The translations under genes were made by a program, and so were the position numbers. Source: Actinomycetota bacterium (GTDB taxonomy: Bacteria > Actinomycetota > Acidimicrobiia > Acidimicrobiales > CADCSY01). Taken from it: a stretch of 64,000 nt of DNA. Under the pieces are notes generated by a model, which made no database searches, was not told the DNA's origin, and saw only the letters and a list, made by a program, of their open reading frames with translations. Shown piece after piece: positions 1 to 9,167 of the stretch. The stretch is from NCBI GenBank assembly GCA_004366205.1, contig SIRW01000009.1:4997-68996 (forward strand), read 5' to 3'. Positions within the stretch are counted from its first letter, which is position 1; each line of letters begins with the position of its first letter.

Positions 1-504
1 AAGCAGGGCTCCACCCTCGCCGGCATCATGGACGCCTTCGCCATCTCGGTCAGTCACGGCCTGCAGTACGGCGTGCCCCTGCGGGGCTTCGTCGAGGCGT
101 TCACCAACATGCGCTTCGAGCCCGCCGGCATGACCGACGACCCCGACATCCGCTTCGCCGCCAGCCTGATCGACTACATCTTCCGGCGGCTGGCGGTCGA
201 CTACCTCAGCTACGAGGAGCGGGCCGAGCTCGGGATCCTCACGATCGGCGAGCGCACCCAGCCCACGTTGCCGGGTGTCGACGAGTCGGTGATCACGACC
301 GAGACGGGCCACGACGTGGTGCCCGACCCGAAGTCGATCCCGTCGGCCTCGACGCTGCTCGCCGACGACGGCTCGGTGCGTCCCGCCGAGCCCGAGGTCC
401 GCCACGCGGACGCCCCGTTCTGCGCCACCTGCGGCGTGCAGATGGTGCGTGCCGGCTCGTGCCACGCCTGCCCCAGCTGCGGGAGCACGTCTGGCTGCAG
501 CTGA
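1..504 (+). CDS. nrdJ: Class II (adenosylcobalamin-dependent) ribonucleotide reductase, C-terminal fragment; 5' end lies outside the window
   Basis: Frame 1 is open from base 1. Carries the motif FTNMRFEPAGMTDDPDIRFAASLIDYIFRRL and a C-terminal CxxC...CxxC tail (CATCG...CHACPSCG), as I recall from actinobacterial NrdJ. High GC3. Confidence 0.8.
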   Translation, partial: KQGSTLAGIMDAFAISVSHGLQYGVPLRGFVEAFTNMRFEPAGMTDDPDIRFAASLIDYIFRRLAVDYLSYEERAELGILTIGERTQPTLPGVDESVITTETGHDVVPDPKSIPSASTLLADDGSVRPAEPEVRHADAPFCATCGVQMVRAGSCHACPSCGSTSGCS

Positions 505-633
505 TGGTGTAGCGGTCGATCGACGCGCACCGGGATGCGGGCGGCGGCGCCCGGATCCCGGTGGGCGTTGGGCCGCGGCCCGGTCCGGTCGCCGGCCCGG
601 CCGGCGACACCTGTGCGGCACGGGCTGGGCCCG

Positions 634-1254
634 TCAGCCCCGAGCGCGCGCCCGTGGCGGGCCCACCGACGCGATGGCCTGCAGCACGAACCGCGTCACG
701 GCGGCGGCGGTGGCGCCGGGGTCGCGCTCGCCGTTGGCCACGGGAAGGCGCTCAGCGCCGATGAGGTTCGAGATGAACCGGGCGGTCTCGTCGACGTCGA
801 GGTCACGGAACTCCCCGCTGGCCACGCCCCGCCGGAGGATCTCGCGGTGCAGCTGGTTGAGCGGCTCGAGGTGGCGTCGGAGCCCCGCCGCGCCGGCAGG
901 GCCGAGCTGGCCCACCAGGTCGTGGCTGGCGACGTCGTTGCGGGCGAACTCGCCGATCTGGGCGGCGATGTAGCGACTCATGGCCTCGGTGGCCGTCGGG
1001 GCGTCCCGCACCTGGGCGGTGGCCCGCTCGACCAGCGCGCCCACGTCGCGGTCGATGAGCGCCAAGAGCAGCGCTTCTTTGTCCTCGAAGTAGTTGTAGA
1101 CGGTCGGGCGGGCCACGCCCGCACCGGCGGCCACGTCGGCCAGCGTGACTGCCTCGTAGCCCCGCTCGGTCAACAGCCGATGGAACGATGTGAGGAGCGC
1201 GTCCCGTTGCTGCGCCCGGTGCGCGGCGAGGTTGTCGGCGCGGATCCGTGGCAT
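634..1254 (-). CDS. TetR family transcriptional regulator
   Basis: 206-aa ORF with an N-terminal HTH (VTLADVAAGAGVARPTVYNYFEDKEALL). Divergent from the ABC operon. Confidence 0.85.
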   Translation of the reverse strand: MPRIRADNLAAHRAQQRDALLTSFHRLLTERGYEAVTLADVAAGAGVARPTVYNYFEDKEALLLALIDRDVGALVERATAQVRDAPTATEAMSRYIAAQIGEFARNDVASHDLVGQLGPAGAAGLRRHLEPLNQLHREILRRGVASGEFRDLDVDETARFISNLIGAERLPVANGERDPGATAAAVTRFVLQAIASVGPPRARARG

Positions 1255-1269
1255 CAGCGCGGCCCCCGG

Positions 1270-1298
1270 TTGGTTTTACGACGTGGCGTCATCATACT
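1270..1298 (+). promoter_or_regulatory. Candidate promoter for the ABC operon: TTGGTT, 17-nt spacer, CATACT
   Basis: The hexamers were read directly. The -10 ends 6 nt before the GTG at 1305, which suggests a leaderless mRNA. A small GACG-N3-CGTC dyad lies in the spacer. Confidence 0.3.
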
Positions 1299-1304
1299 GT
1301 GCGG

Positions 1305-2432
1305 GTGCGACTCGCTCTCCGGGAGATGCGCCGGGCCAAGCTCCGGTTCGGGATGCTCGCCTGCGCCGTCGGGCTGCTGGTCTTCCTCATCCTGTTCCAG
1401 CAGACCCTGCTCGGCACCCTGCTCGGCTACTTCACCGGGGCGCTGGAGAACCAGTCGGCGGATGTGGTCGTCTACAACGAGGAGGCCCGGCAGAACCTCG
1501 CGGGCTCCCTCGTCACCATCGACCAGCTCGAAGCCGTCGGCGCGGTCGACGGCGTGGCGGCGGTGGGACCGCTCGGCCAGGGCACGTTCACCGTCGTCGC
1601 CGGCGGCGAGGAGCGGGACGCCGCGGTGTGGGGCTATCGCCTGGGGGGCCCGGGCGAGCCGACCACCCTGGTCGAGGGGCGCCTCCCCGAGACCGACGGC
1701 GAGGCCGTGGCCAGCGCCATCGACGCTGCCGCGGGCTTCGACATCGGCGACGAGGTGACGATCGCGGGGACCGAGGTCGCCATCACGGTGGTGGGCCTCG
1801 CCTCCGACATCCGCTTCAGCGTCCAGCCGGTGCTCTTCGTCAGCTACGAGACGTGGCAGGACGTGGCCGGCGCGGCCAACCCCGACGCCCCGGTGCTCCT
1901 GCCCTCGGCGGCGCTGGTGCAGGCAGCCGGCGGGGTCGCGCCGGCGGCGCTGGCCGAGCGCATCACCGCGTCGGTCGAGGGCGTCGAGGCCCTCGACCGG
2001 GCCACGGCGGTCGCCTCCCTGCCGGGGGTCGAGGCCGTCAACCAGTCCTTCGCCCTCATCCTCCTGCTCGCGTTCGTGGTCGTCACCCTCGTGGTCGGGT
2101 TCTTCTTCCTGATCATCACCGTGCAGAAGCTGCCGAGCCTCGGCCTGCTGAAGGCCCTCGGCTACTCGTCGGCCCAGCTGGCATGGTCGGTCGGCCTCCA
2201 GGTCCTGGCCGTGTCCGCCGGCGGGGTGCTGGTCGGCGGCCTCCTCCTCGCCGGGGCGAGCCTGGCCTCGTCGGAGTCGTTCCCGATCAGCGCCGATCCA
2301 GCCCTGGTCCTCACGACCGGGGCCGCCGTCCTCGGCCTCGCGGTGGTGTCGTCGATCGGATCGCTGCGGCGGGTCGCCCGCATCGACGCCACCGCGGCGG
2401 TGGGCCGGCAGCACCTGGGGGGACTCGAGTGA
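1305..2432 (+). CDS. ABC transporter permease, FtsX-like (MacB/DevC type)
   Basis: Starts VRLALREMRRAKLRFGML, followed by a TM helix, a large extracytoplasmic loop and C-terminal TM helices. The track ORF begins at GTG 1248; I prefer GTG 1305 (1299 is also possible). Confidence 0.75.
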   Translation: MRLALREMRRAKLRFGMLACAVGLLVFLILFQQTLLGTLLGYFTGALENQSADVVVYNEEARQNLAGSLVTIDQLEAVGAVDGVAAVGPLGQGTFTVVAGGEERDAAVWGYRLGGPGEPTTLVEGRLPETDGEAVASAIDAAAGFDIGDEVTIAGTEVAITVVGLASDIRFSVQPVLFVSYETWQDVAGAANPDAPVLLPSAALVQAAGGVAPAALAERITASVEGVEALDRATAVASLPGVEAVNQSFALILLLAFVVVTLVVGFFFLIITVQKLPSLGLLKALGYSSAQLAWSVGLQVLAVSAGGVLVGGLLLAGASLASSESFPISADPALVLTTGAAVLGLAVVSSIGSLRRVARIDATAAVGRQHLGGLE

Positions 2433-3520
2433 GGATCGCGGCCCGCGAGCTGCTCCGCCGCCCCGGCCGCTTCGCCATCGCCGGCTCGGCCCTCACCCTG
2501 CTCGTCATCCTGCTGCTCCTGCTGGGAGGGCTGCTCGACGGCCTCTACCTGGGCTCCACCGGGCTCTACCGCCAGCAGGAGTCCGAGCTGGTCACGTACT
2601 CGGCCACGTCGAGGGACTCGCTGCTCCGGTCGCGCATCGACGCCGACCTGCGCGCCGTCGTCGACGCCACCGACGGGGTGGCGGCCACCCACGGGGTCGG
2701 CATCGCCCTCGCCGGGTATCGGATCGAGGGTGAGGAGGGCATGGGCGACGCCGCGGTCATCGGGTACGAGGGGGCGATCAGCGGCGTGCCTGCGCCCCCG
2801 CCACCCGGAGAGGCCTACGCCGACCGGCGACTGGCCGCCGCGGGCGTCTCGCTGGGCGACACCCTCCTGCTCGGACCCGAGCGCGTGCCCCTCACCGTGG
2901 TCGGCTGGGTCGACGACGTCGCCTACCTGCTGCAGGGAGGATTGCTCGTCGAGCCCGACACCTGGCGCCGGGTGCTCGCCAGCGCCCGTCCCGACGCCGC
3001 ACTCGCCCCGGGCGCCTTCCAGGTGCTTGCCGTTGCCACCGACGGCGACCCCGCCGCCGTGGCGGCGGCGATCGACGCGGCGACCGGCGGCGCCACCTCC
3101 ACCCTCACCGTCGACGCTGCCATCGCCGCGCTGCCGGGGGTCACCGAGCAGGCCACCACGTTCACCCAGATCATCACGGTCACGTTCGTCGTCGCCGGGC
3201 TGGTCGTGGCGCTGTTCTTCGCCTTCGTGACCGTCGAGCGCACCGCCCTGTACGGGGTGCTCAAGGCGATCGGCGCGTCGTCCGGTCAGATCTTCGCCGG
3301 GCTCGTGCTCCAGGCGCTCGTCGTCACCGCGGGCGCCGTCGTGCTCGGGGGGCTGCTCACGCTGGGCGTCGCCCAGATCGTCCCGCCGGGCATCCCGCTG
3401 CTGCTCGAGCCGGCACGAGCCGGCTTCGTCGCCGCCGGGATGCTCGTCACCGCCGTCGCCGGCGGCTCGGTGACCCTGCGCCGGGTGATCCGCATCGACC
3501 CGGCGTCCGCCATCGGTTGA
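2429..3520 (+). CDS. ABC transporter permease, FtsX-like (second subunit)
   Basis: GTG 2429 overlaps the upstream stop (GTGA). Starts VRIAARELLRRPGRFAIAG and has the same architecture as the upstream permease. It is the last 364 codons of track ORF 1190..3520. Confidence 0.75.
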   Translation: MRIAARELLRRPGRFAIAGSALTLLVILLLLLGGLLDGLYLGSTGLYRQQESELVTYSATSRDSLLRSRIDADLRAVVDATDGVAATHGVGIALAGYRIEGEEGMGDAAVIGYEGAISGVPAPPPPGEAYADRRLAAAGVSLGDTLLLGPERVPLTVVGWVDDVAYLLQGGLLVEPDTWRRVLASARPDAALAPGAFQVLAVATDGDPAAVAAAIDAATGGATSTLTVDAAIAALPGVTEQATTFTQIITVTFVVAGLVVALFFAFVTVERTALYGVLKAIGASSGQIFAGLVLQALVVTAGAVVLGGLLTLGVAQIVPPGIPLLLEPARAGFVAAGMLVTAVAGGSVTLRRVIRIDPASAIG

Positions 3521-3536
3521 ACCGGAAGGACCCGTC

Positions 3537-4208
3537 ATGCCCGCGCTCGAGATGACCGACGTCCGCAAGACCTACCGCTCGGGGGACAGCGAGGTGGTCG
3601 CCCTCGACCACGCCAGCCTCACGTTGGGCGACGACGAGATCCTGGCCCTGGTCGGTCCGTCGGGCTCCGGCAAGACGACCTTGCTCTCGATCGCCGGGGG
3701 CCTGCTCACGCCGACCGAGGGCTCGGTGGTGGTCGGCGGTGAGGAGATCTCGGCCCTCGACGCCAAGCGCCTCACCCGCTTCCGGCGCGAGCGGGTCGGG
3801 TTCGTGTTCCAGGCGGTCAACCTCGTGCCGTTCCTCACCGCCCGGGAGAACCTGCTGGTCGTGGCCGAGCTGGGTCGCCGGGACGGGCGGGCGGCGCGCC
3901 GGCGGGCCGACGCCCTGCTGGACGAGCTCGGACTCAGCGACCGGGCGGGCAGCCTCCCGGCGCAGCTCTCCGGAGGGGAGCGCCAGCGGGTAGCCATCGG
4001 CCGGGCGCTCATGAACGAGCCCGCCCTCGTGCTGGTCGACGAGCCCACCTCGGCGCTCGACACCAAGCTGGGCGAGCAGGTCATGGAGCTCATCACCAGC
4101 GAGGTCAAGAGCCGGTCGACGGCGGCGATCATCGTCACCCACGACACCCGGATGACCCACTACGCCGACCGCACCATCGAGATCACCGACGGCGTGCTGG
4201 TGGCCTGA
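3537..4208 (+). CDS. ABC transporter ATP-binding protein
   Basis: Walker A GPSGSGKTT, signature LSGGERQR, Walker B LVLVDEPTSALD. Confidence 0.9.
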   Translation: MPALEMTDVRKTYRSGDSEVVALDHASLTLGDDEILALVGPSGSGKTTLLSIAGGLLTPTEGSVVVGGEEISALDAKRLTRFRRERVGFVFQAVNLVPFLTARENLLVVAELGRRDGRAARRRADALLDELGLSDRAGSLPAQLSGGERQRVAIGRALMNEPALVLVDEPTSALDTKLGEQVMELITSEVKSRSTAAIIVTHDTRMTHYADRTIEITDGVLVA

Positions 4209-4237
4209 GCCGGCGCGCCCTGCTCGGCGCGAGCGCC

Positions 4238-4741
4238 TCAACCGCCGGGTCCCGCGTCGAGCTGCTCGCCCAGGAGCTCGAGGGCGGCGATGGCAAAGTC
4301 GACCATTTTGCCAAGCCGGTCGGCCGACCCGGTGAGTACGTGGCGGGCGGCCTCCCGTTCGCCGGCGACGGCCACCCAGGCGTGGCCGGGCGGGTCGCCG
4401 TAGGGGTTGGGGGACGGGCCGGTGGCGCCGCCCTCGCCGAGCCCCCACGTCGTGGCGAGCTTCGCCGCGACCGAGCGGGCGAGGTAGCGGGCGAACTCCT
4501 CGGTGGCCCCCCGCAGACCGGGCGGGGCGGGAACGGCGCCGGCCACGAGCGCCCGCGTCGCCGCCGGCGTGTAGATCACCGCGCCGCCCACGTAGTAGCG
4601 CGAGGCACCGGGCACGCTCAGCAGCGCGGCGGACAGCAGGCCCCCGCACGACCCCTCGGCCACGGCGACGGTGTCGCCGCGCGCCACCAGCCGGGACGCC
4701 ACACGTTCAGCGACTGCGACCAGCCTGTGGTCCAGCACCAC
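4238..4741 (-). CDS. CinA C-terminal-domain family protein (PncC-like nicotinamide-nucleotide amidohydrolase)
   Basis: 167 aa starting at GTG 4741 inside track ORF 4238..5149. Motifs AESCTGG-like (AEGSCGGLLSAAL) and VSGGAVIY-like (YVGGAVIYTP). Confidence 0.7.
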   Translation of the reverse strand: MVLDHRLVAVAERVASRLVARGDTVAVAEGSCGGLLSAALLSVPGASRYYVGGAVIYTPAATRALVAGAVPAPPGLRGATEEFARYLARSVAAKLATTWGLGEGGATGPSPNPYGDPPGHAWVAVAGEREAARHVLTGSADRLGKMVDFAIAALELLGEQLDAGPGG

Positions 4742-4793
4742 GGAAGTCTGCCCGGCGGGCGGGACCGCCGTCGAAGGGCGGCACACTCGTGGT

Positions 4794-5252
4794 GTGGAGG
4801 CTCCCCGGTGGCTCACCACCCGACGGATGCTGTGGCGTGGCGTGCGGGGCCGCTGCCCCGTGTGCGGCGGGCGGGGGCTGTTCCCCCGCTGGTTCCGCAT
4901 GGTCGAGCGATGCCCCCGCTGCGGCCTGCGCTTCCACCGGGTGGCCGGGCAGTGGCTCGGCGCGTGGTGGCTCAGCCTGCACGCGACCCTGCTCGTGGTC
5001 GCCGTCGTGATCGGCGCCGGGTTCGTGCTCACCTCCCCCGAGTTCCCGGTCGCGCCCGTCCTCGTGGCGGTGGTGGTGGTCGCCGTCGTGCTGCCCGCCG
5101 CCCTGTTCCACGTGAGCCGCACGGTCTGGACGGCGATCGACGTCGCCATGCGCCCGCTGGAGTTCGCCGAGGGCGTCGATCCCGCCTTCGAGCTCGGGCT
5201 CGTCGAGGAGTCCGAGGAGGGCGACTGGCGTACCGGGTCGGGCCCCGGGTAG
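4794..5252 (+). CDS. DUF983-like membrane protein with a double CxxC zinc ribbon
   Basis: CPVCGGRGLF...CPRCGLRF followed by two hydrophobic helices. The start is either GTG 4794 or ATG 4827. Confidence 0.6.
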   Translation: MEAPRWLTTRRMLWRGVRGRCPVCGGRGLFPRWFRMVERCPRCGLRFHRVAGQWLGAWWLSLHATLLVVAVVIGAGFVLTSPEFPVAPVLVAVVVVAVVLPAALFHVSRTVWTAIDVAMRPLEFAEGVDPAFELGLVEESEEGDWRTGSGPG

Positions 5253-5290
5253 GACCGATGGTGGACCCGATCGAACCACCAGGAGGTGCC

Positions 5291-5797
5291 ATGGGACCCA
5301 TGGAGCTACGGGACGGGCGCTGGCCGCTGGGCGAGGCCGGGGCCGTCGACTTCGCCGTGCGGGAGCACGGGCTCGAGCTCGTCGCCGTCGAACCGAACCC
5401 CGGATGGCGGCAGAAGGTCAAGCGCCGGGACCCCCACCGGCTGAAGGTCGAGCTCGACGACGGGACCGAGGAGTGGGAGCTCGACGCCCGCTACCAGAAC
5501 GGGGTGCTGACCGTCGAGGTCGAGCACGAGATCGAGCCCGCCACTGCTGGCCGCTACCAGGTCGGCGACGCCGGCGAGGTCGAGATCGCCTTCACCGACG
5601 GTCGCATCGAGCTGCTCGACAGCGCAGCCAACGAGGGTTGGCTGCTGCGCGTCGACAAGCAGAAGCCCAAGGACGTGGAGGTCGAGTTCCACCAGGGCGC
5701 GGTCAAGTGGGAGTTCGAGGCCGAGGTGGACGGCCGGGAGCTCGAAGTGGAGATCGAGGGCCGGGTCCGGGGCCCGTTCCCCCCGAGCGCGTCCTGA
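5291..5797 (+). CDS. Hypothetical acidic protein with an internal ~62-aa tandem repeat
   Basis: ATG 5291 is preceded by AGGAGG 5 nt upstream. High GC3. It is the last 168 codons of track ORF 4340..5797. Confidence 0.6.
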   Translation: MGPMELRDGRWPLGEAGAVDFAVREHGLELVAVEPNPGWRQKVKRRDPHRLKVELDDGTEEWELDARYQNGVLTVEVEHEIEPATAGRYQVGDAGEVEIAFTDGRIELLDSAANEGWLLRVDKQKPKDVEVEFHQGAVKWEFEAEVDGRELEVEIEGRVRGPFPPSAS

Positions 5798-5828
5798 CCG
5801 GGCCGGCGAGCGGACCCGGCCCGCGGCG

Positions 5829-6227
5829 TCACCGGCGGGCGTTGACGAGGAAGTCGGCGGCCCGGTCGAAGTAGTCCCGCAGCCGGGCGTCCACGTCTGG
5901 TTCCACCGCACGCTCGGCGACCACGGCGTCGAGGGCGGCGTGCATGTGCCGCAGCCAGGCGTCGCGCTCGGCCTCGGTGATCACGAACGGCAGGTGGCGC
6001 ATGCGCAGCCGAGGGTGGCCCCGCTCGTCGCTGTAGGTGGTCGGTCCGCCCCAGTACTGCGTGAGGAACAGGGCGAGGTGGCGCTTGGCTTCGGTCAGGT
6101 CCTCGGGGTAGAGCGGCCGGAGCAGCGGATCGCCCTCCACCCCCGCGTAGAAGCGCTCGACCAGGTCGGTGAAGAAGGGTCCGCCGCCGACGGCGTCGTG
6201 CACGCTCGTCTCGCCGGGCCCGGACAT
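5829..6227 (-). CDS. glbO: Group II truncated haemoglobin (trHbO)
   Basis: 132 aa. FYAGVEGDPLLRPLYPEDL...FLTQYWGGPTTYSDERGHPRLRMRH matches the trHbO pattern as I remember it. Confidence 0.8.
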   Translation of the reverse strand: MSGPGETSVHDAVGGGPFFTDLVERFYAGVEGDPLLRPLYPEDLTEAKRHLALFLTQYWGGPTTYSDERGHPRLRMRHLPFVITEAERDAWLRHMHAALDAVVAERAVEPDVDARLRDYFDRAADFLVNARR

Positions 6228-6319
6228 CGCCCGCGACGCTAGCGAGGCGTGACGTCCTGCCGGGCGTCGCGCCCCGGCCGGCTTCGTCGCGGCGGTCCGC
6301 GCGTGGCAGCATCGTCGGC

Positions 6320-6739
6320 GTGAGCGTCACGAACCCCGCGCCCCCGGCCGCCGGGCAGGACGGCGCGTCCTGCCCGGTCGCGCCCGGCAGCGCCGCCGAC
6401 GCCTTCGTGCGCCGGGTCCTGCGGGTCGACGGCTGCCCCGTCGACACCCAGCAGGCCCGCAGCACGTTCAGCCGCTCGATGGTCGTGTCCGGCATCCGCT
6501 GCGCTCTTACCTACGTGATCCTGCCGTTCGTGGCGCCGCTGCTCGGTTTCGCCACCGGCGTGGGTCCGTGGATCGGCCTGCCCCTCGGGGTCGTGGCCAT
6601 CGCCTTCAACGTGCTGTCGATCCGGCGGTTCTTCGCCGCCGATCACCCCCGCCGCTGGTTCTTCGCCGCGCTGAGCGTGAGCGTGATCGGGCTCATCGTG
6701 ATCCTGATCGTCCAGGACCTCCTCGCCATCATCCGCTAG
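6320..6739 (+). CDS. Hypothetical small membrane protein
   Basis: 139-aa ORF with three hydrophobic helices in the C-terminal 90 aa and high GC3. No family recognised. Confidence 0.55.
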   Translation: MSVTNPAPPAAGQDGASCPVAPGSAADAFVRRVLRVDGCPVDTQQARSTFSRSMVVSGIRCALTYVILPFVAPLLGFATGVGPWIGLPLGVVAIAFNVLSIRRFFAADHPRRWFFAALSVSVIGLIVILIVQDLLAIIR

Positions 6740-6793
6740 GCGTCGCCGGGGGCGGTAGCGCAATCCCTCTCGAAGCGTTTCTCGAGGGGAATC

Positions 6794-6810
6794 GTTGCGG
6801 AACCCGCAAC
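6794..6810. terminator. Hairpin GTTGCGG-AAC-CCGCAAC between convergent genes
   Basis: Perfect 7-bp stem with a 3-nt loop, inside a CTCGA-rich structured spacer (6760-6840). Confidence 0.3.
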
Positions 6811-6900
6811 CGGCGCTCTCGAAAGAGCACCTGAGAGGAGTCGCTCGCGGCCGGCCGGCGGGCGTGGCTGGGGCGGACCATGGCCCGCCCGCCACGTCGG

Positions 6901-9054
6901 CTACTTGATCAGCGGGTCGCGGGGCAGGCCGAGGATGCGCTCGCCGATCTGGTTGCGCTTGATCTCCGACGTTCCCCCGGCGATCGACATGCCCCGGTGC
7001 ATGAGCACGAGCATGTTGCTCATGCCGCCGGGACCGTCCATGTAGGCCGCCTCCGGGCCGTTCAGCTCGGTGAGCACAGCGGCGGCCTCGTGGCCGAGCT
7101 CGGAGAGGATCAGCTTGGTCATGGCGCCTTCGGGGCCGGGCTCGCCGCCGGCCACGGCCCGGTGGGCGGAGCGCAGGTTCAACAGGCCCATGGCCTGGTG
7201 CTGGGCGATGTAGCGGCCGATGCGTGCCGCCCCGCCGGTGAGGCGGTCGGGGTTGGCGTCGAAGGGGGCCACCAGCGCCGAGCCGGGCATGGACATGCCG
7301 CCCTGGCCACCGCCGATGCTGACGCTCTCGTTGCCGAGCGTCGCCCGGGCGACGGTCCAGCCGCCGTCGACGGGCCCGACCACGTCGTCGTCGGGCACGA
7401 ACACGTCGTTGAAGAACACCTCGTTGAACTCCGAGTTCCCGGTGGTCATCTTCAGCGGGCGCACCTCGACGCCCTCGGCGTGCATGTCGATGACCATCGT
7501 GGTGATGCCGTCGTGCTTGGGCGCGTCGGGGTTGGTGCGCACGGTGGCGAACCCCATGCCCGCGACGTGGGCGCCGCTGGTCCAGACCTTCTGACCGTTG
7601 ACCAGCCAGCCGCCGTCGACCCGGGTGGCCCGGGTCTTGACGCCGGCGGCGTCGGAACCGGCGTCGGGCTCGCTGAACAGCTGGCACCAGATGACCTCCT
7701 GGTTCAGCGCCGGCGGCACCCACCGGGCGACCTGGTCCTCGGTGCCGTACTGGATGAGCGTGAGGATCACCCAGCCGGTGATGCCGTAGCCGGGGCGCTT
7801 CACCCCGGCCCGGTCGAACTCCTCCTCGATCACTAGCTGCTCGACGGCGCCGGCCTCCCGGCCCCACGGCTTGGGCCAGTGCGGCATCACGTAGCCCGTC
7901 TCGATCAGCTTCGAGCGCTGCTCGCCGGACGGGAGCCCCTTGATGCTCTCGGCAAAGGCCCGCACCTCGTCTCGGATGGCCTCGGCCTCGGGCGGCAGCT
8001 CGACGGCCTTGGAGCGCACCACGCCCGCCCGGGTCAGCTCCACCACGTCCTGGGCGGCCTGGCCGGCCCGCAGGTAGGTGAGCAAGGTGGTGGCCCGCCG
8101 CATGTAGAGGTGGGCGTCGTGCTCCCAGGTGATGGCGATGCCGCCGTGCACCTGGGTGTTGAGGTTGGCGCACAGGTCGGCGGCGGGCGCGGCCAGCGCG
8201 GCGGCGACGGCCGCGGCGTAGCGCAGCTGGTCGCCGCCGGTCTGCGCCGCCCGGGCGGCGTCCCACACCGCCGAGGTCGCCAGCTCGGTGGCGACGGCCA
8301 TGTTGGCGCAGTGGTGCTTCACCGCCTGGAACGTGCCGATGGGCCGCCCGAACTGCTGGCGCTCCTTGGCGTACTCGGCGGCGAGCTCGGTGCACTCGCG
8401 GGCGACGCCGACGGCCTCGGCCGCGAGGATCACCCGGGCGAGGTCGACGAGGAGCGAGCGGGCCCCAGGGAGCACCGTCGCCGGCGCGCCGTCGAACCTG
8501 ACGCGGGATGACCGCCGGGTGGGATCGAGGTTGGTGGGGGTCTTCGCCTCGACGCCGTCACCGGCGCGGACCACGGCCACGTCGCCACCGGCGGGGACGA
8601 CCAGGACCGCCGCCAGGCCACCTCCGAGCACCAGGCCGGCGGACCCGGACACGCGGTCGCCGTCGATCGACACCTCGCTGTCGAGGGCGACGCCGGCCAC
8701 GACCGAGCCGCCGGCCAGACCCGGGAGCAGCTCGACCTTCAGGGCGTCGTCGTCCGCTGTGGCGATCAGAGCACTGGCGATGACCGTCGGCACGAACGGC
8801 CCGGGCGCGACGGCGCGGCCCAGCTCCTCGACCACGACGACGAGCTCCTCGAGGCTGTAGCCCGATCCACCGTGCTCCTCGGGCACGTGCAGGCCGAGCC
8901 AGCCCAGGTTCACCAGCTCGTCCCAGAACTCGGGCAGGGGCTCGTCAGGCGCCTCGAGCAGCTCGCGGGCCGCGCCCCGGGCGTTGCGCTTGGCGAGGAA
9001 GTCGGCGGCCGTCTGGGCGAGGGCCTTGTGGTCATCGGTGATGGCGATCGACAT
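6901..9054 (-). CDS. Acyl-CoA dehydrogenase, fused two-ACAD-domain type
   Basis: 717 aa carrying two consecutive ACAD-like units. The second unit shows WCQLFSEPDAGSD and FGKPL-like motifs, and the protein ends ...GTSEIKRNQIGERILGLP. Confidence 0.85.
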   Translation of the reverse strand: MSIAITDDHKALAQTAADFLAKRNARGAARELLEAPDEPLPEFWDELVNLGWLGLHVPEEHGGSGYSLEELVVVVEELGRAVAPGPFVPTVIASALIATADDDALKVELLPGLAGGSVVAGVALDSEVSIDGDRVSGSAGLVLGGGLAAVLVVPAGGDVAVVRAGDGVEAKTPTNLDPTRRSSRVRFDGAPATVLPGARSLLVDLARVILAAEAVGVARECTELAAEYAKERQQFGRPIGTFQAVKHHCANMAVATELATSAVWDAARAAQTGGDQLRYAAAVAAALAAPAADLCANLNTQVHGGIAITWEHDAHLYMRRATTLLTYLRAGQAAQDVVELTRAGVVRSKAVELPPEAEAIRDEVRAFAESIKGLPSGEQRSKLIETGYVMPHWPKPWGREAGAVEQLVIEEEFDRAGVKRPGYGITGWVILTLIQYGTEDQVARWVPPALNQEVIWCQLFSEPDAGSDAAGVKTRATRVDGGWLVNGQKVWTSGAHVAGMGFATVRTNPDAPKHDGITTMVIDMHAEGVEVRPLKMTTGNSEFNEVFFNDVFVPDDDVVGPVDGGWTVARATLGNESVSIGGGQGGMSMPGSALVAPFDANPDRLTGGAARIGRYIAQHQAMGLLNLRSAHRAVAGGEPGPEGAMTKLILSELGHEAAAVLTELNGPEAAYMDGPGGMSNMLVLMHRGMSIAGGTSEIKRNQIGERILGLPRDPLIK

Positions 9055-9167
9055 GTCCGGAATCTAGGCGGATCGCCAACAAGAAGTCGCATGGGGCCTG
9101 CGGGGACTCGAGCCGCGAGCCGGGACGGGTCGGCCGACGCCCACGGTCCGGGGTCGGCGAGCAGGCC

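Noticed and set aside
4340-5797. 485-aa ORF treated as one gene
   Set aside because: Its first ~315 codons run antisense to the CinA-like gene and out of frame through the DUF983 gene. Only the part after the AGGAGG-ATG at 5291 looks like genuine coding sequence.
6760-6840. The CTCGA-rich spacer as a third copy of hairpin family 2
   Set aside because: It shares only TTCTCGAGG and CCGGCGC with the 61043 units. The long stem is not reproduced. The similarity is too weak to claim homology without an alignment statistic.
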